Positions 23,501 to 38,415 of a stretch of 64,000 nucleotides of DNA are shown in pieces. The stretch's first letter is position 1. Every line of letters starts with the position of its first letter. The DNA lies in contig OZ218950.1 of NCBI GenBank assembly GCA_965112735.1, positions 558,001-622,000 of the forward strand, written 5' to 3'. The stretch comes from Phaeosaccion multiseriatum. Taxonomy: Eukaryota > Protista > Ochrophyta, other classes. The translations under genes were made by a program, and so were the position numbers. The notes below the pieces were generated by a model that saw nothing but the letters and a program-made list of their open reading frames with translations, did not search any database and had not been told where the DNA came from.

Positions 23501-26303
23501 GAGATGTTCATTGACTGACACAGTTTTCAGTTTTTCAATAGATGGCAATGACGGTCAGAGGTTCAAAGCGGCGACTCACATCTCAGGGCGGATAACATCT
23601 CCGGGCCTCGTGTCGGTGATGTCCACCTGCAGCACCCGGGGAATCTCACTAGGGTTGATGGTGTTGAGCTGCAAGCAAGGGGAGGGAGGGAGGGATGGAG
23701 AGAGAGAGAGAGGGAGAGAGGGAGCGGGGCAGGGAGGGAGAGAGAGGGAGAGAGGGAGGGAGGCAGGGAGCGAGGGAGAGAGGGAGGGAGGGAGGGAGGG
23801 AGGGAGGGAGCGAGGGAGGGAGCGAGGGAGGCAGGGAGGGAGAGGGAGGGAAGGAGAGAGGGAGGGAGGGAGGGAGGGACGGACAGAGGGAGGGAGGGAG
23901 GCAAAGGAGGGTGGGCAGACGTGCAGTAAAGGGATTAGGCAGGGGTATACGCAGACCCACTAATACCCACACACACACACGCACACACACACGAGCACTC
24001 ACGTACACACACACATGCACATACACGCCTACACACGCACACGCACGCACACACACGCACACGCACATAAACACACACACACACGCACCGTGACTTCGAC
24101 CCTGCTGAGCATCTGCATCATGAAAGCCCCGCGCTTGATGGCCACGTTGTCCTCCTCCCCCACGAGGGCTATTGGGACCTTCAAACTCGTGCCCGTGCGT
24201 AGGCGCTTGAAGTTGCACTTGACCATGTTGCCCCAGGCGTCAAAAGTGCACTGGGTGGGTTGGGTTGAGTTGGGTTGGGTTGAGTTGGGTTGGGCTGGTT
24301 TGGTTGTCGGTTGGGTTGCCACACATACACGCACACGCACACACACACGCACTCGCAACGTGCACACACACTCAAACACGCACGCACACACTCACACAAT
24401 CACACACCCACACTCACTCACAAACACGCACACACATGCGCAGCTGTGCGCAAGGAGCGAAGAGAGCTGCGAAGTGGCATGATGACGTGAGGTAAGAGCA
24501 TCACATCGAGCAGAGGGCCCGGAGGGAGTGTGCCGGTAGGAGTGTGCGGCGGGGGATAGACAAGAGCAGAGAAGAGAAGAGAAGGGCAAGCACCAAGCAC
24601 CTGTATCTATGCGAAAGCCGTCGCCGCAATCCCATATTAAAGCCCCACGTCATCAAACGCTGCCCCCTTCCCCCTCCACTCCCCTCCCCGACCCGACTCC
24701 TCCTGAAAGGTGAAGGAGAAACATGAAAGCATCATACAGTGTTCTTACCTGCCATGGGAAGCAACGGACTACTTTGTCATGGCCCTTGAATTTCTGTTGC
24801 AATGTAGTACCAACATGGAAAGAGAGAGAGAGAGTGAGGGTATGCGCTTCTGGTGACGGTGGAGAGGAATCGAGCGAAAAAAAAGAGAAAACACATACAC
24901 CCGCACACACACACACGTACCAGGTCCAGCGGAACGTTCTCGAACGCATTCCTGTACTTCCTGAGCAGCTTATCGATCTCGAGTTGGTTGGCGCTGACGT
25001 ACATATCCCCGCCCACCCCTTTCTCATCCCTGCCAAGTATCACCCCAGGCACGAGCCATTCTGATGGGGAAGAGTAAGGGGAGAGAGGAGAAAGGCGGGA
25101 AGGGAGGGGCAGAAGGGTAGGGGGGGGGGGAGAGGAAAGGGGAAGCGGGGGGCAGGTGCGTTATTTGTTTCGTTGGTTGGTTGGTTGGTTGGTTGGTTGG
25201 TTGGTTCGTTGGTTCGTTGAAGACTGTGGTTGGGCCTCACGGGAAAAACGAGTCGGGGGCCCGGCGGAGCGCACACATTCACGCGTCCACTCCGAGAGAG
25301 AGAAAGAGGAGAGACACACAAACATAAATACACAAGCGTTCAACACATACACAAGAACACACACACACACACACACACACAGGCTCATGCAGGACCTCTG
25401 TACCCGTCCAGAGCTGAGGCTACTACCCATATGCCCCCGTCCAGGGAGGAGGGAGGAGCTGACCCACCTTTTCTTTGCTTCCATGCCGCGTACTTGCCCG
25501 TCTTTAGCCGCACCTGAGGGGAGGATGGGTGCACAGGAGAGAGGTCATCGTCAAAGGGGGCCAGGGGCTGGAGGGGGAGCAGACCGATGGGTACAAAGGC
25601 AACCCATGTGAGCCCAAGGCGTCTCCTCTTATACGTGAGAGGGGAAGAGAGAGCTTGCAACAGGGAGGAGGCGAGAGCAACAACTAGAGCAGTGGGGCGG
25701 GGGGGAGCTCGGTGCCTCCCTGCACATTCATTCCCCCACTCCTCACGCTCTTGGGAGCCAGCTTCACCTCGACACTCTATTAATAGCACATGCAAACCAT
25801 CGCAGTACAAACAGAAGAGGAGCCATCCTCACCTGTACTTCCAGCGAGTCTACTTCTTCCCGTGGCTCGACAAACTCGGGCTTCGGGCTGATGAAAGACG
25901 TATTGAGGTAGGCCGTATCATGTGCCCCTCGCCTCTGTGACGACATCCCGTGCCCGTGGCCTTGCCCTTGCCAGCGCTGCTGCTGAGACGCGACGAATCC
26001 AAAGCCGCTACGCCCATCGTATCCTCTATTGCAACCACTACTTCCTAAACTTCTACTATTGCATCCCGTCGAGCTGCTGTAGCTCCTCCTCTTACCACTG
26101 CTACTGCTGCTCTCAGCCGTCCTGGCTCCTCCTCCTCCTCCTCCTCCTCCTCCTCCTCCTCCTTCCGGTCTCTCTGGCGGGTGCACCCCCACTCTTTGAC
26201 CCACTTTTCGTCCTTCGCTACATGCGAGCGACCCAGAATGATTACCCCCTGCCAGAAAGGACCTGCCCAGGGTCAAGGCTGCTTGCTTGTTTCGTCCAAA
26301 CAT
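23306..26303 (-). CDS. Organellar (probably mitochondrial) ribosomal protein bL25/CTC family (about 7 exons)
   Basis: Spliced product reads [25 protein letters not shown]...[24 protein letters not shown]...[19 protein letters not shown], matching the L25 and TL5-C domains. The N-terminus is R/S/G-rich and presequence-like. Confidence 0.82.
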
Positions 26304-26695
26304 GAAGGCTGTGCCACAGGAAAATTGGGGAAAGGCTGTTGAGCGAGGCCTAATCCCGATCAGGACACCTTCCTGAAATAGCCCTTCTCGTGTGGTTCCT
26401 TTCTTCCCCTTGTATCTCTCTCTCTCCGTGGATGAGGATGCGGCCCACACGAAATCGTGAAGTGCCATCGTCATCCAGTGCCATCCGCATTCATTTTCAT
26501 TTTTTTTTTTGTGTGAAAATAGGCGAGTGATGATACAGCAGAAGAGGCAATAAAGCGGGGGGTAAATCAACTACAAATGAACTGTACTCAGTCCATGATG
26601 ACCTTATCGTAACCAAGTGACGTACTGTCCTCTGTAGATTAACCTTACATTCCTACGGTACGTCACCACAAGAATACCCCATTAACAGCGTCGCT

Positions 26696-28138
26696 CTACA
26701 CTCGATTCCCCCCCGCCCCCCCCCCGTCCTCCTCCTCCTCCTCCTCCTCACCCTCCCCCCCTGACCTCCCTCCCTCCTCCTCCCCCCCCTCCCTCTCCCC
26801 CCCCTCGTCCTCCTCCTCCTGCTGCTGTATCACCAACTGGTCTTCTCTTCGGTCGTATGCTTCCACGGAGGGCCCTACCGACTCGCCAATGTTGGTAGGG
26901 AGGAAGAGCGAGGACTCCACTCCCAACAAGCTTCCTCGTCGAGGAGCCGATGATAAAGGAGGCCCCTCCGCCTCACGCCCTCTCTCTCCCCTCTCCTCTC
27001 CCCCTTCCTCTCTCCCTCCTCCTCCTCCTCGTCCTCGTCCTCTTCCTCCTCCTCCTCCTCCTTCTCCTCCCCCCCCTCCTGCTGTATCACCAACGCCCCC
27101 CCCGAGGCCAGAGGGCAAGTAGCCTATGCTGTCTCCCTCTGAGTACGAGGCGGATGACGCTCGAGAGCTCATAAGCTCCTGATGGGGAGGATGTCACAAA
27201 TGGCGAGGGAGGCAAGCGATCAGTCACAGTGGCCAGAAGCGCGCAGAGCACCAACATGAGACAGGCGTTGCCTTTCCTATCCTCTCCTCTCCTCTCCTCT
27301 CCTCTCCTTTGGCCCTTACTCTCCGCTCCTATTAAGGCAGTAAAATTCCTCCCTCTCCCCTCCGCTTCCCTCTCCCTTCTCCCCTCATCTCCCTCGCCTC
27401 CCCTCTCCTCCTTGCTTGCATTGACACGCCACCACTCCCTTTATTTATCCCTGTATCATCAACACGCTTACATTGTTGAGTCGCATGATGGAGCTCTCCA
27501 GCGTCCTCTTCTCCGCCGACAAGTGCTTCAGCTCGGAGCCTGTCAGGGAAGGCGGGGAGGGGGGTCCGGGGCAGTGTCAGGACTAAGAGAGAGTCAGGAA
27601 GGGAGGACAGTGTGTGTGTGCAAAGAGAGAGAGAGAGAGTTTCATGACACAGAGAGAGTGTGTGCGTGCGTCAGGACAGAGAGAGATTGTGTCAGGGCAG
27701 AAAGAGAGAGTGTCAGGATAGAAACTCTGCGTGTGTCAGGACAGATTTCCCATTTCCCGTATGCCTGCCCATACGCCCGCCCATATGCCTGCCCCACTCA
27801 CCCAAGCCAGCCTCTTTCACCCTTTGGGCCTCAATGAGTTGCTCCAACCCCGCCCCGTGGCGCCTCTCTTGCTCCAGGATGCGCTGAGTGGAGTCGCGCT
27901 CCTGAAGCAGTTGGTGATACAAGGGGACACACAGAGGGGCAAGGGGTATACACAGGGTCGGTGTGGGAGTTGGTGATACGGCAGACAACAGCAAGAAGGA
28001 GGAGAGATGGACGACCAGATCCATTCGAAGGAGAGAGAGGGGGGTTAGGGGTGGGTGGGTGGAAGGGAGGAAGGCGATGGTAAGGAGGTGGTCTGTGTAC
28101 AGCACACGGACTAACAAAAGGAGCAGTAGCAGCAGCCC

Positions 28139-28185
<47 letters not shown>

Positions 28186-31100
28186 GCTCCGCGACGTTTA
28201 GCCTGGCCTGAAGGTGCTGAACGTCCTCCATGGCTTTGGTGGAGCTTCCCGTCTGCGCCTTCACCCTCTCAACCAGCGTGGCCACGTACTGCGCTCATTG
28301 ATCAATCATTGTTCAAGTGGGGCATGGCATGGGATGGATGGCAGTGGATGGTTGTGGATGGTTGGGGGTCGTTGCGGATGGCAGCGGATGGCAGTGTGGA
28401 CATCGATCTCTCTAAACGAAGTTGTGGTCCCCCCCTCCCCTCCCCTCCTCCCCCCACCCTTGCTCTCTCGCTCCTCTTCTGCCTCCCCCCCCCCACTCTC
28501 TCTCGCTCTTTCTCTCTCTCGCTCTTTCTCTCTCACCCTCCCCTACCTGTCTCTGGCTGACCATTCCCTGCTTGAGATGCGTGTTGTCCGCTTGCAACGC
28601 CTCGAGTCTCCTCGACGCCTGCTGCAGCTGAGCTGAGAGCCCCTCCGTTTGCCGCTGAGAGGGGAGGGGGAGGGGAGAAGAGAGAGAGAGAGAGAGGGAC
28701 AAGAAGGGGGGCAGGGAGAGGCAGAGGGAGAGAGAGCACGAGAGGTAGTGGCAGAGCGAGAGAGAGGGGGGAAGGCGAGGGGGGCATGTTGAGAACGAAT
28801 GAGCTGCGAAGGAACACATTACGGCACCGTGGGGGGGCTCCCAACCCCAAAGGACAAACGATCTATGAAGCTGAAACTGGACACTGCCCCTTCTCCAATG
28901 GATGGAATGATGTACCTGCAAGTGTCCAATATCAGCACTTTTCCTCTGAAGCTCTGCCTCCGCCCCCCTGAGGCTCGCCCCCATCTGCGCGATTGCCGCC
29001 TCCTTGCTCGCCAGCAGGGAGGAGAGGCGCTTACGAGTGTCTGACAGGTCACCCACAGCCACCTCCACTCTGTAGGGGGAGGGATGGCAAGGGATGGCAG
29101 GGGATGGCAGGGGATGGCAGGGGATGGGTTGGTGGTGGATGGGCGGTTAGGGAGTTATGGGCAGTACACCCACTTCCACCCATCCACCCACCCACCCACA
29201 TACACACATAGACACACATGCACACACCTCTTCTTCTCCTCAAAGAGCGCCCTGTAGGTGGCCAGGACGTCGTCTCTCTCCATCCTCGCTGCTCGAGCCT
29301 CTTGCACCGCCGCTGCTCCTTCGTCACTCAGCTGGAGCACCTCCTTGCGCAGCCTAAGGCCATTCATTCATTCATTCATTCATTCAATGCATGCATGGTG
29401 GTCCGGAGCAGGCGGGGACGACAGGAAGGCAGCCCATGGTCGTAGGTCGTGGAAAGTAGCTGGTGTCAGATGTCAGGTGTCAGGGGTAGCACTTTGCAGT
29501 GTTGCGTTGTTGCATGGGTCAAGGCCAGGCCGCAGGGGACACATGGGTTGATGGGTTGGGGTATGCAAGCAAGCGGTAGAGGAGCGTATCCTCCTTCCCT
29601 CCTTCCTTCTCTCCCCATACACCTCCACACCCCTTGCCTCACCGCTCCTTGTCGGCGAGGACATGTGTGTTGTGCCCAGTGAGTGCCTGATTCTCCCTCT
29701 GCATTGCCTCCATGTCTTCCGCTGCCGCTCTGCGTGTGTGTGTACGTGTGTGTGTGCGTGTGTGTGTGTGTGCGTACGTGTGTGTGCGTATGTGCGTGTA
29801 TGTGCGAGAGTGTGTGTATGTGTGTTTGCAGGGGAGGAACGGCAGTAAATGGCCGTCAGTTTCAGTCTTAGTATCCAGAGTTCACCAAGGGGTGATGGCA
29901 GCGGAGAGGGGAAACAGTTAAGCAGAGGATTGATTGAAGAGAGTATGTTCAGAGCAAGGTGAACAAAGCCACATCCTTCCCCCAACCCCGTCCCCCCCCT
30001 GCCCTCTCTCCTCTCCCTCTCCCTCCTCCTCCTCCTCCTCCTCCCACTGTACCACCAACGCCTATACCATACCCACCTGAGCTCCCTCTCCTTCGCATCG
30101 TAAGCCGCCACGAGGTCCCTCTCGTTGCCCCTGGCGTTTCGGATCTGTTGCTGCTGTATCACCAACTGCTCCTGTGCGTGACTCAGAGACGCTGCCGTGC
30201 GAGAGGCCGCATCGGTCAAGTCACGCACACGCACCTGAGAGAGGTCGGGGGTCGAGATTATTTATCGGGGTCGAGATTTGGGGTCGGGGGTGGAGGTTGG
30301 GGTGCCTTGCATGCGTGTGTGTATGCGTGCGTGGGCAACTTATGACTGCCTGCCTGCCTCCCTGCCTGCCTCCCTGCCTGCCTTCCTCCCTGCCTGTCTG
30401 CCTCCCTGCCTGCCTTCCTCCCTGCCTGCCCGCCTCCCTGCCTGCCTGTCCGACTGTCTGCCCGCCTGACTGACTGAATGACTGAGTGACTGACTGACTG
30501 AGTGACTAATGACCGACTGTGCCTGCCTGCCTGACTGACTGACACCAAGTACTGATTGACATCAAGTGCTGACGAACCTCGGCCTCCGCGAGCTTGTCTC
30601 TCCACTTGGCTTCCTCCTCCCGCTTGGCCGACAGAGCCTCGTTGCGCTCGTCCAGTTGCTCCTGTCAAGCACATCACGGGTGTCAGGACAAAGGGTGTCA
30701 GGACAAAGGGCGTCAGGACAAAGGGTTTCAGTTTAGTGTGGTTTGCAAACTCCCTTGCTATCTATCCACAGTTTGAGTTTCAGTGCTAACCTGCGCAGTG
30801 TCCCTCTCCTCGTCCACTCTCCGCAGTGCTTCCTTGAGGCGCTCCATCTAACCCGGGGGGATGGGATGGATCCCAGGGGGGGGGGGGAGGGGGGCGAGGC
30901 GAAGGGGGCCAGGAACATAAATAGATTGGTGAGAGCAGTAAGTATATCACGTCCTCCCTCCCTTCCTCCCTCCCTCGCTCCCTCCCCATCTCCCTCCCTC
31001 GCTCCCTCCCTCCCGCCCTCGCTCCCTCCCTCCCCATCTCCCTCCCTCCCACTCTCCCTCCCTCCCTCCCTCGCTCGCTCCCTCCCCATCTCGCTCCCTC

Positions 31101-34100
31101 CCTCCTTGCCTCCCTCCCTCCCTGCTTCCCTCCGTCCCTCCCTCCCTCCTTCCCTCCGTCCCTCCCTCCCTCCCTCCCTCCTTCTTCCTCGTACCTCCCC
31201 GCGTACATCCCGTACTTCTCTCTGGTAGGCTTGCCCCTCTGCCTCTGCTGCCCCTGCCCTCTCCTCCGCCAGCCCGAGTTGCTGCAGCGCGGCGTCGAGT
31301 CTGTGTTGTGGGGAATTCAGGTATTCAGTCATTGAGCGTGAAAGGGGAGGGGGGGAAGGAGAGGGAGAGGGCGAGAGGAGGGAGAGGGGAAGGTGAGGGG
31401 GATAGTAAGAGGCAGAGAGAGAGAGTAGGGGAGGGGAAGCAGGTCTCGCGACTTTCCTCTCTATTGATCCATCCATCCGTCCATCCATCCATCCATGCTT
31501 GTGACATACCTGCTCCTGACAGCGACAGTGCCGTCCTCGACCCCTTTGGTGATGCTGCGAAGCGTCTTGAGCTCTCCCTCCTGTTGGGGGGCGGTCATGT
31601 ATCAATTTCAGTGTGTTGGCCCACCAACAGCACCATACGGCACCCGGTGCAGTGGCAGGGCAAGAGCAGCAACAACAGCGGTTGGTGATACGATACACAG
31701 CAGTAACGGCATGAGCAGGTGTGAGGGTCGAGGAGGGTGGGCCCACACGGGGACACGAGGACAAACAGACAGGGCAGACAGAGCCCAGACAGAAAGCAGG
31801 CCCAGCCCTCAGCAAGCTCTGAAAGACAACTGACAGTTGACAACTGCCACACACTGGTGGATGAATGCCCAACATGCTTACCTTCTCCAGCAGGCTCTTC
31901 CTGGCGTCGGTGAGCGCCGCTTCCACTGCGGCTGTGGCGGTCTGCTCTCGGTTGGAGCGCTCTCTAGCCCTGCCAGGGATGAAGGGAGGGAAGGAGGGAA
32001 GGAGGGAGAGAATGACCGCATGACCAGCTGCTGCGTCCAACCCCATGGCCGGATAACCAACTGCAGCACCACTGAAAACTACCAGCAAGTGCCCCCCCCC
32101 CCCTAACTCATCCATCCATTGCCATCCCTCCTCACCTGCCAAGCTCCGCCTCCAACTCGGACACATTGGCTCTGAGCACCGCCCCCACGGCCCTGAGCTT
32201 TGCACCCTCCTCTTGAGCGGCGCCCTCCCTCGCCCTCACCGCATGGAGCTCCTCCTCGAGACGGCCTGTCTGCTTGAGGGCCTCATCTGTGGAGGAGGAA
32301 TGGTTGCATGTGTGTGTGTTGTGGGTGTGTGTGTGAATGTGCATGTGTGCGTGTTTGTTTGTGTGTGTGTGTGGGTGGGTGGATGTATATGTGTGTGTTT
32401 GTGTGTGCGCGTGCGTGCGCGCAACTTGCCCGTGTAAGGCGCAGACCGCACACTCTTTATATCAACGGACAAGCCTGACTCCCTCCCCCCCTCCTCCGAC
32501 TCCCATCCACTACCATCCACTGCCATTCATCCCTAACTCACTCACTCACTCACTCACTCACTCACTCACTCACTCACTCACTCACTCACTCACTCACTCA
32601 CTCACTCACTCACTCACCCAGGCGCCTTGACTCCTCGGCCAGTCTGTTCTCCGCGGCTTCAGCGACGGCCCTCAGCCTCTGCACGGTCCGCTCACGGTCC
32701 ATCGCCTGAGTCATAAGATAACAAGGTAGCGTTAGCAAGACAGTCCGTCATGCTGATTTGTCAGTCCAAACACAAACAAAATAGCACGGCACCTCACACA
32801 GCAGCGGAAGGGAAAGAGGTGCAGTACTTCAACAGTGCACGACAGCGCTTCACAGCTCCGGTCCATTTCCCTCCACTGCCATCCCCTTTCCCTCCCTTCC
32901 CCCCTCCGTTGATTGCCATCCCCGACCCATCCCCGTTAACTGCCATCCCATCCTCTTACCTCTGCCCTAAGGTGCCCCTCCCCCTCAGCTCTGGCAACTG
33001 CCTCCATGGTCATGGCCCCTCCCTGCCGCTGAAGCTCCAGAACCTCCTCTTGCAGGCGCCGCTTGTCCGCCTATACCATCAATTGCCATCCATTGCCATC
33101 CATTTGCATGGAGGGAGATAAGGGCAAGGGAGAGGTCAGAAGGGGACAGTGAAGGAGGAGGATGGCAGATAGATGCAGCTTCTCTCCTCTCTTCACTCTT
33201 CTCACAAGGCCTTACAAAAGGCTTACGTACGGCTAACGTACGGCTTACGTACGTACCTTGAGGTGCTCAACATCCCTCTCTCTCGCGGCCAGCGCCTCCC
33301 CCAAATGGCGACGCTGCTGCATTGCTTGCTCTCCTCCCTCCTCCATGACCGCCTCTCTCTGCCCCATGCTGCCCAGCCGCTGCCAGGCCTCGTCTCTTTC
33401 CTTCTCCAGCTGTTTCACCAACTGCTCCTGCTTCTGTATCACCAACTGCTGCTGTCTCGCCTCCTCCATCTGTTGCTGCTGCCATCCACTGCCATCCCCG
33501 CCCTCATCTCTTGCGTTGGCCAAGCGCTGCTCTAGATGAGCGATGGACTTGAGGCGGGACGCGGACGTGAGCTCCAGATCGGAAATCTTGATTCAGAGAG
33601 CAGCGTGTCAGGACGAGTGAGGGACGAGGGACGAGGGTAGTGTTCAGTCAGTCAGAAGCGATGGCACCAACCACCTACACTATCCACGTACCCACGTACC
33701 CACCCACCCATTGACTTACTACCCACCCACCCATTGACATCTACCCACCCCCTGACTTACTACCCACTGACTTACTACTCACCTGCTCCAGCAGTCCCTT
33801 GGCCCTCCTCTCGGCCTCCTGCCTGTCCTTGTCCGCCTCATGTCGAACCTTAAGCTCCTCCTGCCCTGCTCTGAACAGCAACCCCTCAAGACGCAACACC
33901 TCCTCCTGGAGGGACATGGCCTCCTTCATAGAGGCAGAGGAGGAGCTGCTGCTGCTGCTGCCGGTGCCTTCTGCTGTATCACCAACTGCTGTGGATGATG
34001 CTGCTGTTGTTGTCGCCGCCTGCCGCTCCAGCAAGGCCATGAGGCGCCCCCTCTCCTCCGTCAGGGCCAGCACCTGAGGGGCGGGGGGGGGGGGGGTGAT

Positions 34101-34538
34101 GAGAAAGTGGAGAGAGAGGGAGTGAGAGAGAGAGGGAGGGAGAGAGAGGGAGAGAGGAGAAGATAGAGAGGGAAAGAGAGAGAGAGAGACAGAGATGGAG
34201 AGAGAGAAACAGAGAAAGAGACAAACCCACAGAGACACCCACCCACCTATCCACCCATCTATCTATCGATCCCTCAACCCTCACCTCTGCTTGGCAGGTG
34301 TCGAGAGCGCTCCTGAGCTGCTCCTCCCTCTCTGCCGCTTGCCGTAGAGTACCTTCTGCCCTTTCCCTCTTCTGTGCCTCGTCCCTCCCCTGCTGCACAA
34401 GGTCGTCAATCACCTCCCTCTGAAGCTCACTGTTGCGTTGAAGAGAAGCCGCCTCCCCACGAGCCTGAGTGGCCTAGTTATGGTTAGGATGACAGGCAGA
34501 CAGAGAGACACACACACAGACAGGATGACAGGCAGACA

Positions 34539-34623
<85 letters not shown>

Positions 34624-35089
34624 CCAAGATAAAATAGACAAGTCAGATAAAGATAAAAAATAAGGATAAGGTAAGATCAGACGGGATGAGATCAGGGTCC
34701 CCGTTACTGAGTGCTATAGGCTGCCCCCCCCTCCCCCCCAGTGCTGCACTGTATGTATACGCATGTATACGTATGTAAGTATACGTACAGCTTGTTGTGC
34801 CTCTTCAGCCGTTCCGAGGGCTTCTCCAAGGGCCCCGGCGGTGTCCTCTGTTTCCCGCACCTGAGAGCGATGGATGGCAGTGGATGTGGGGGGGGGAGAT
34901 GGCAGCGGATGGATGATGGGGGTTGTGTGAGTGGTGCAGAGAGACGGGGGGAGAAGAGGGAAGGCCTAAGAGGCGGGCATATGAGGAGAGAAGGGCAGGC
35001 CCAAGGGGCACGCGGATGAGGCGACTCACTCCTACTGCCACTGGGGCTCGAGAGAAGCCCTTCGCCCCCATCGGTCGGAAAACACACAC

Positions 35090-35127
<38 letters not shown>

Positions 35128-38100
35128 AGATGCCTATAGACTGAGGCTGAAAGTGTACCTGCGCGGCGATAGCCTGCCCCAGCTCCTCTCTGTGACGCTG
35201 CAGCTCCTCCAATAGCCGCATGTTGTCCTCCATCGCCGGTCTTTCTCCTCCTCCTCCTTCCCCGTCGTCCTCCTTCTCCTCCTCCTCCTCCTCCTCCTCC
35301 TCATCCCACTCCTCTTCCTCCGTCTCCCCGCCCCCCCCTGGGGAGCCCGACAACGGCGACGCCGACGGGTTCTTCTGTCCATCCACATTGACCTTGAGCT
35401 TATTCCTCCTCTGGCTGCTGCTGCTGTTACTGCTGCTGCTACTGCTGTCGATGCTGCTGGGTGCTTCCTTCCCCTCACCGCCTGCCCCTCCTGCTGTACC
35501 ACCAGCTGCTGCGGCTGCTGCTACCCTGGACCGCTCCGCCTCTACCAAGGCCTCTGTGAGCCTCTCCTGCATCACCAACTGCTCCTGCTCGAGGCGATCC
35601 ACTTCATCCTGGAGGTCCTGAAGCTGCGTCCGGCCCACCTGAGACGCTCGCTGCTGCGCTTGGTCGGCTTGTTGCAGGCTTGTTTGGTGGGTTGATGGAT
35701 GGATAGATAGATAGACAACCGACGCGGGGAGAGCAGTAGCAGCAACAGCAGCACAGAGAGAGGAGAGGAGGGGGGGGGGGGGGTGGTTATTGCAGGCGCG
35801 GAAACAGCAGCAGCAGCAGAGAGAGAGCGAGAGAAGAGAGAGAGAGCGAGAGACTTACCTCTCCTGCGCCGCCATAAGCTGCGCCTCTCTCACGGCCAAT
35901 TGATCGTTCAAAAAGTCCACCTGATAGAGAGGCAAAAGCGGACGGGTAAGACGCACTGATGGAAAGGGAGAGCAATTTTACGAGCTCAAGGGCCAAAACT
36001 AAACGAGAAGCAAAGCAGAGGCACTGGGTGGAGTTGGCGAGCCTGCCTTACGCCTGTCTGTACATGTATGCCTACCTGCCCTAAAACCTCCCACACCCAC
36101 ACACCTGTTTGTTAAGCCTCTCCACAATCTTCTGATTGGCCGTGTGCGCGTGCGTGGCGGCCACTCGGTTGTAATCCCGCCCCTCCTCCAGACCTTTGCT
36201 CAAGCGGGCAATCTCCTTCTCCCTTGCTGCGACTCCTGCCTCCAGCCTGAGGAAGAGGGCGGGAGAGAGAGAGAGAGAGAGGGGGTGTATGCGTGTGTGT
36301 GTGAGAGAGAGTGAGAGGGAGGGAGAGAGTGAGTGAGTGAGTGCGGGAGGGCGAGGGAGAGCCGAGAGGGAGAAAGAAAGAGGGAGAGAGAGGGAGAAAA
36401 GAAGGAGAGAGAAAGAGAGAGCGCGAGGGAGAGAAGGAGGTAGTGGGGCCAGAGGGCACGGACCTGACTCTCTCCAACTCCAGCGTTGCCGACCTCTCCT
36501 CTGTGGCCTTGAGCTTCTCTCTCAGTGCCGATAGAGCACCACCACCTCCACCACCCTCAGCGCCGTCGCCATCGTCGGAGGAGGCGCCACGAGCTCCACC
36601 CCCTCGCTGGTGCTGCTCCTGCTTCTTCTGCTGCGTGTTGGAGTCTGTGAGACCATGACATGAGATGGCCGAGGAAGGTGACAAGAGGGTGTTGGTGATG
36701 ATTCGCTGGGTGATGACATGGAAAGGAGGAGCATATACGCGTCCTCGTCATCGTCCTACTTTTCTTCGCTCCTCTCGATACCCATCCATCCATCCTCACC
36801 CCCACGCACGCACGTACCTCCCCCAAAGATGCCCATGGCGCTTGTGGTCTCCATCTCGGACACACTCCCCAACGACAAGTGACTTGCTCGGCTCCGTGCT
36901 CCTCCTCCTCCCCCTCCTCCTCCTCGTGCTACTGCTACTGCTGCTGCTGCTGTGTCACCAACCCCTGCCCCCCCCCCCCCTCCTCCTCCTCCGCCACCGC
37001 CGGCGGTCGAGGTGAGGTGTCCCTCGCTGACCACTCGAGCTCCGTGCGCGTCCCCTGCGAGAGCCTTGTGAAGGGCCCCCTGGAGGTCCTCGATCATCAC
37101 TGCTCGCTCCTGCAGGCGCACGTCCTGTGGTTGCAGTTGCAGTTGAAGTTGCAGTTCATGAGAACCATACGCCTCACCCCACCCCATCCTACCCAATCCC
37201 GATGTCTCACCCATACGCCCCCACCCATTCACCTTCTGTGAGCCCTGATGCTTGAGCTGCTCCGCCTCCTTCTCGAGCCTCTTGCGCTCCAGCACAGACC
37301 GCCGGGTAGCGCTCGTGGCATCTTCCGTCACATTGATCACCTGCAGCACCCATGCAGGACACGACAGGACAGGACAGGACAGGAAAGATGGCAGTGGACA
37401 GCCAACACGTAGGCAGTGGAGTGGGACGTTGGTGTTGATGATGTGCGCTGTGCGCTACGCAGAGGATATAGAATACGGCGTAGGACAAGAGGGAGAGGCT
37501 GTGAGGTGGGTGGGCCCTCACGCGTGAGATACACAGCTAGGCAAGAGCTTATGTAAGCTTACGTACCTTGAGGTGCAAGGCGTTGTTTTCCCTGAGGAGG
37601 CGAGAGTTCTCCTTCTTTAGCGGGAACAGCTGAGGCACAACAGCAGCAGCACAGTACACCACAGAACAACAGTGCGAGAGAGAGAGAGAGAGAGAGTTGA
37701 CGGAAGAGGGTTAGTGTCGGATGGAGAGAGGAGAGATCGCAAATTGGAGAGCAAGGGCAAGCAAGGTCAGACTCAATGCGGTAAGGCCGCAGTTCTTGTC
37801 GCAGCAGCACTAGCAGTAACAGGTATCCAGACCCAACGAGTCCCACTAAGCCGGCTCTATCGTTATTACCTGTGACTGGGCCAGGGCGAGGTCGGCGGCG
37901 GCCCGTTCCTCCCTGCTTTGGAGGTCCTCGAAACCGTCGGTCGTGGTGAGCAGATCTGTGGCCGAGACGAGATCAGAGAGGTGGGGGGGGCAAGCGGAGA
38001 GAGGGAGATAATAAGGATGAATAGCTTTCGCTTGCTCTCCTCGCCCGCCCGCACGCTGCCTTTTCACATTCCTTTCGGATCCCTGAGGCGCCTTTGACTT

Positions 38101-38415
38101 GACACAACCTCCCCCCTCCCTCCCTCCTCCCCGCCCGTCCTTCGTTCCCTCCCTCCACCTCTTCTCTCCGACGACCCCCAAAGATGGAGCTCTGTGGCTG
38201 ACCTCCCTTCCAACATTCTCGCCCCGGAGAGTTAAAAAACGCAGCCTGCATCTGACGTCGCCTGTCTCACCTGCCAGCAGACGCTCCACCAGTGGCAGAG
38301 CTTCAATGGAGAAGTCCTCATTGTAGTCCATGGCCTCGAGTCTCTGGCGCACGTCGCCGAACCTCTTGGAGAGGCTGGCGTTGCTGCTTGCCCTCCTGCT
38401 GCTGGAGTGCATCAT
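26696..38415 (-). CDS. CEP135: Centrosomal/basal-body protein CEP135 (BLD10); many exons, long coiled coil
   Basis: N-terminus FGDVRQRLEAMDYNEDFSIEALPLVERLLA|DLLTTTDGF...LFPLKKENSRLLRENNALH matches the CEP135 signature (LPLVEKLFSDL...ENARL.RENNEL). Coiled-coil exons follow to a stop at 26696. Internal exon boundaries are not all resolved. Confidence 0.85.
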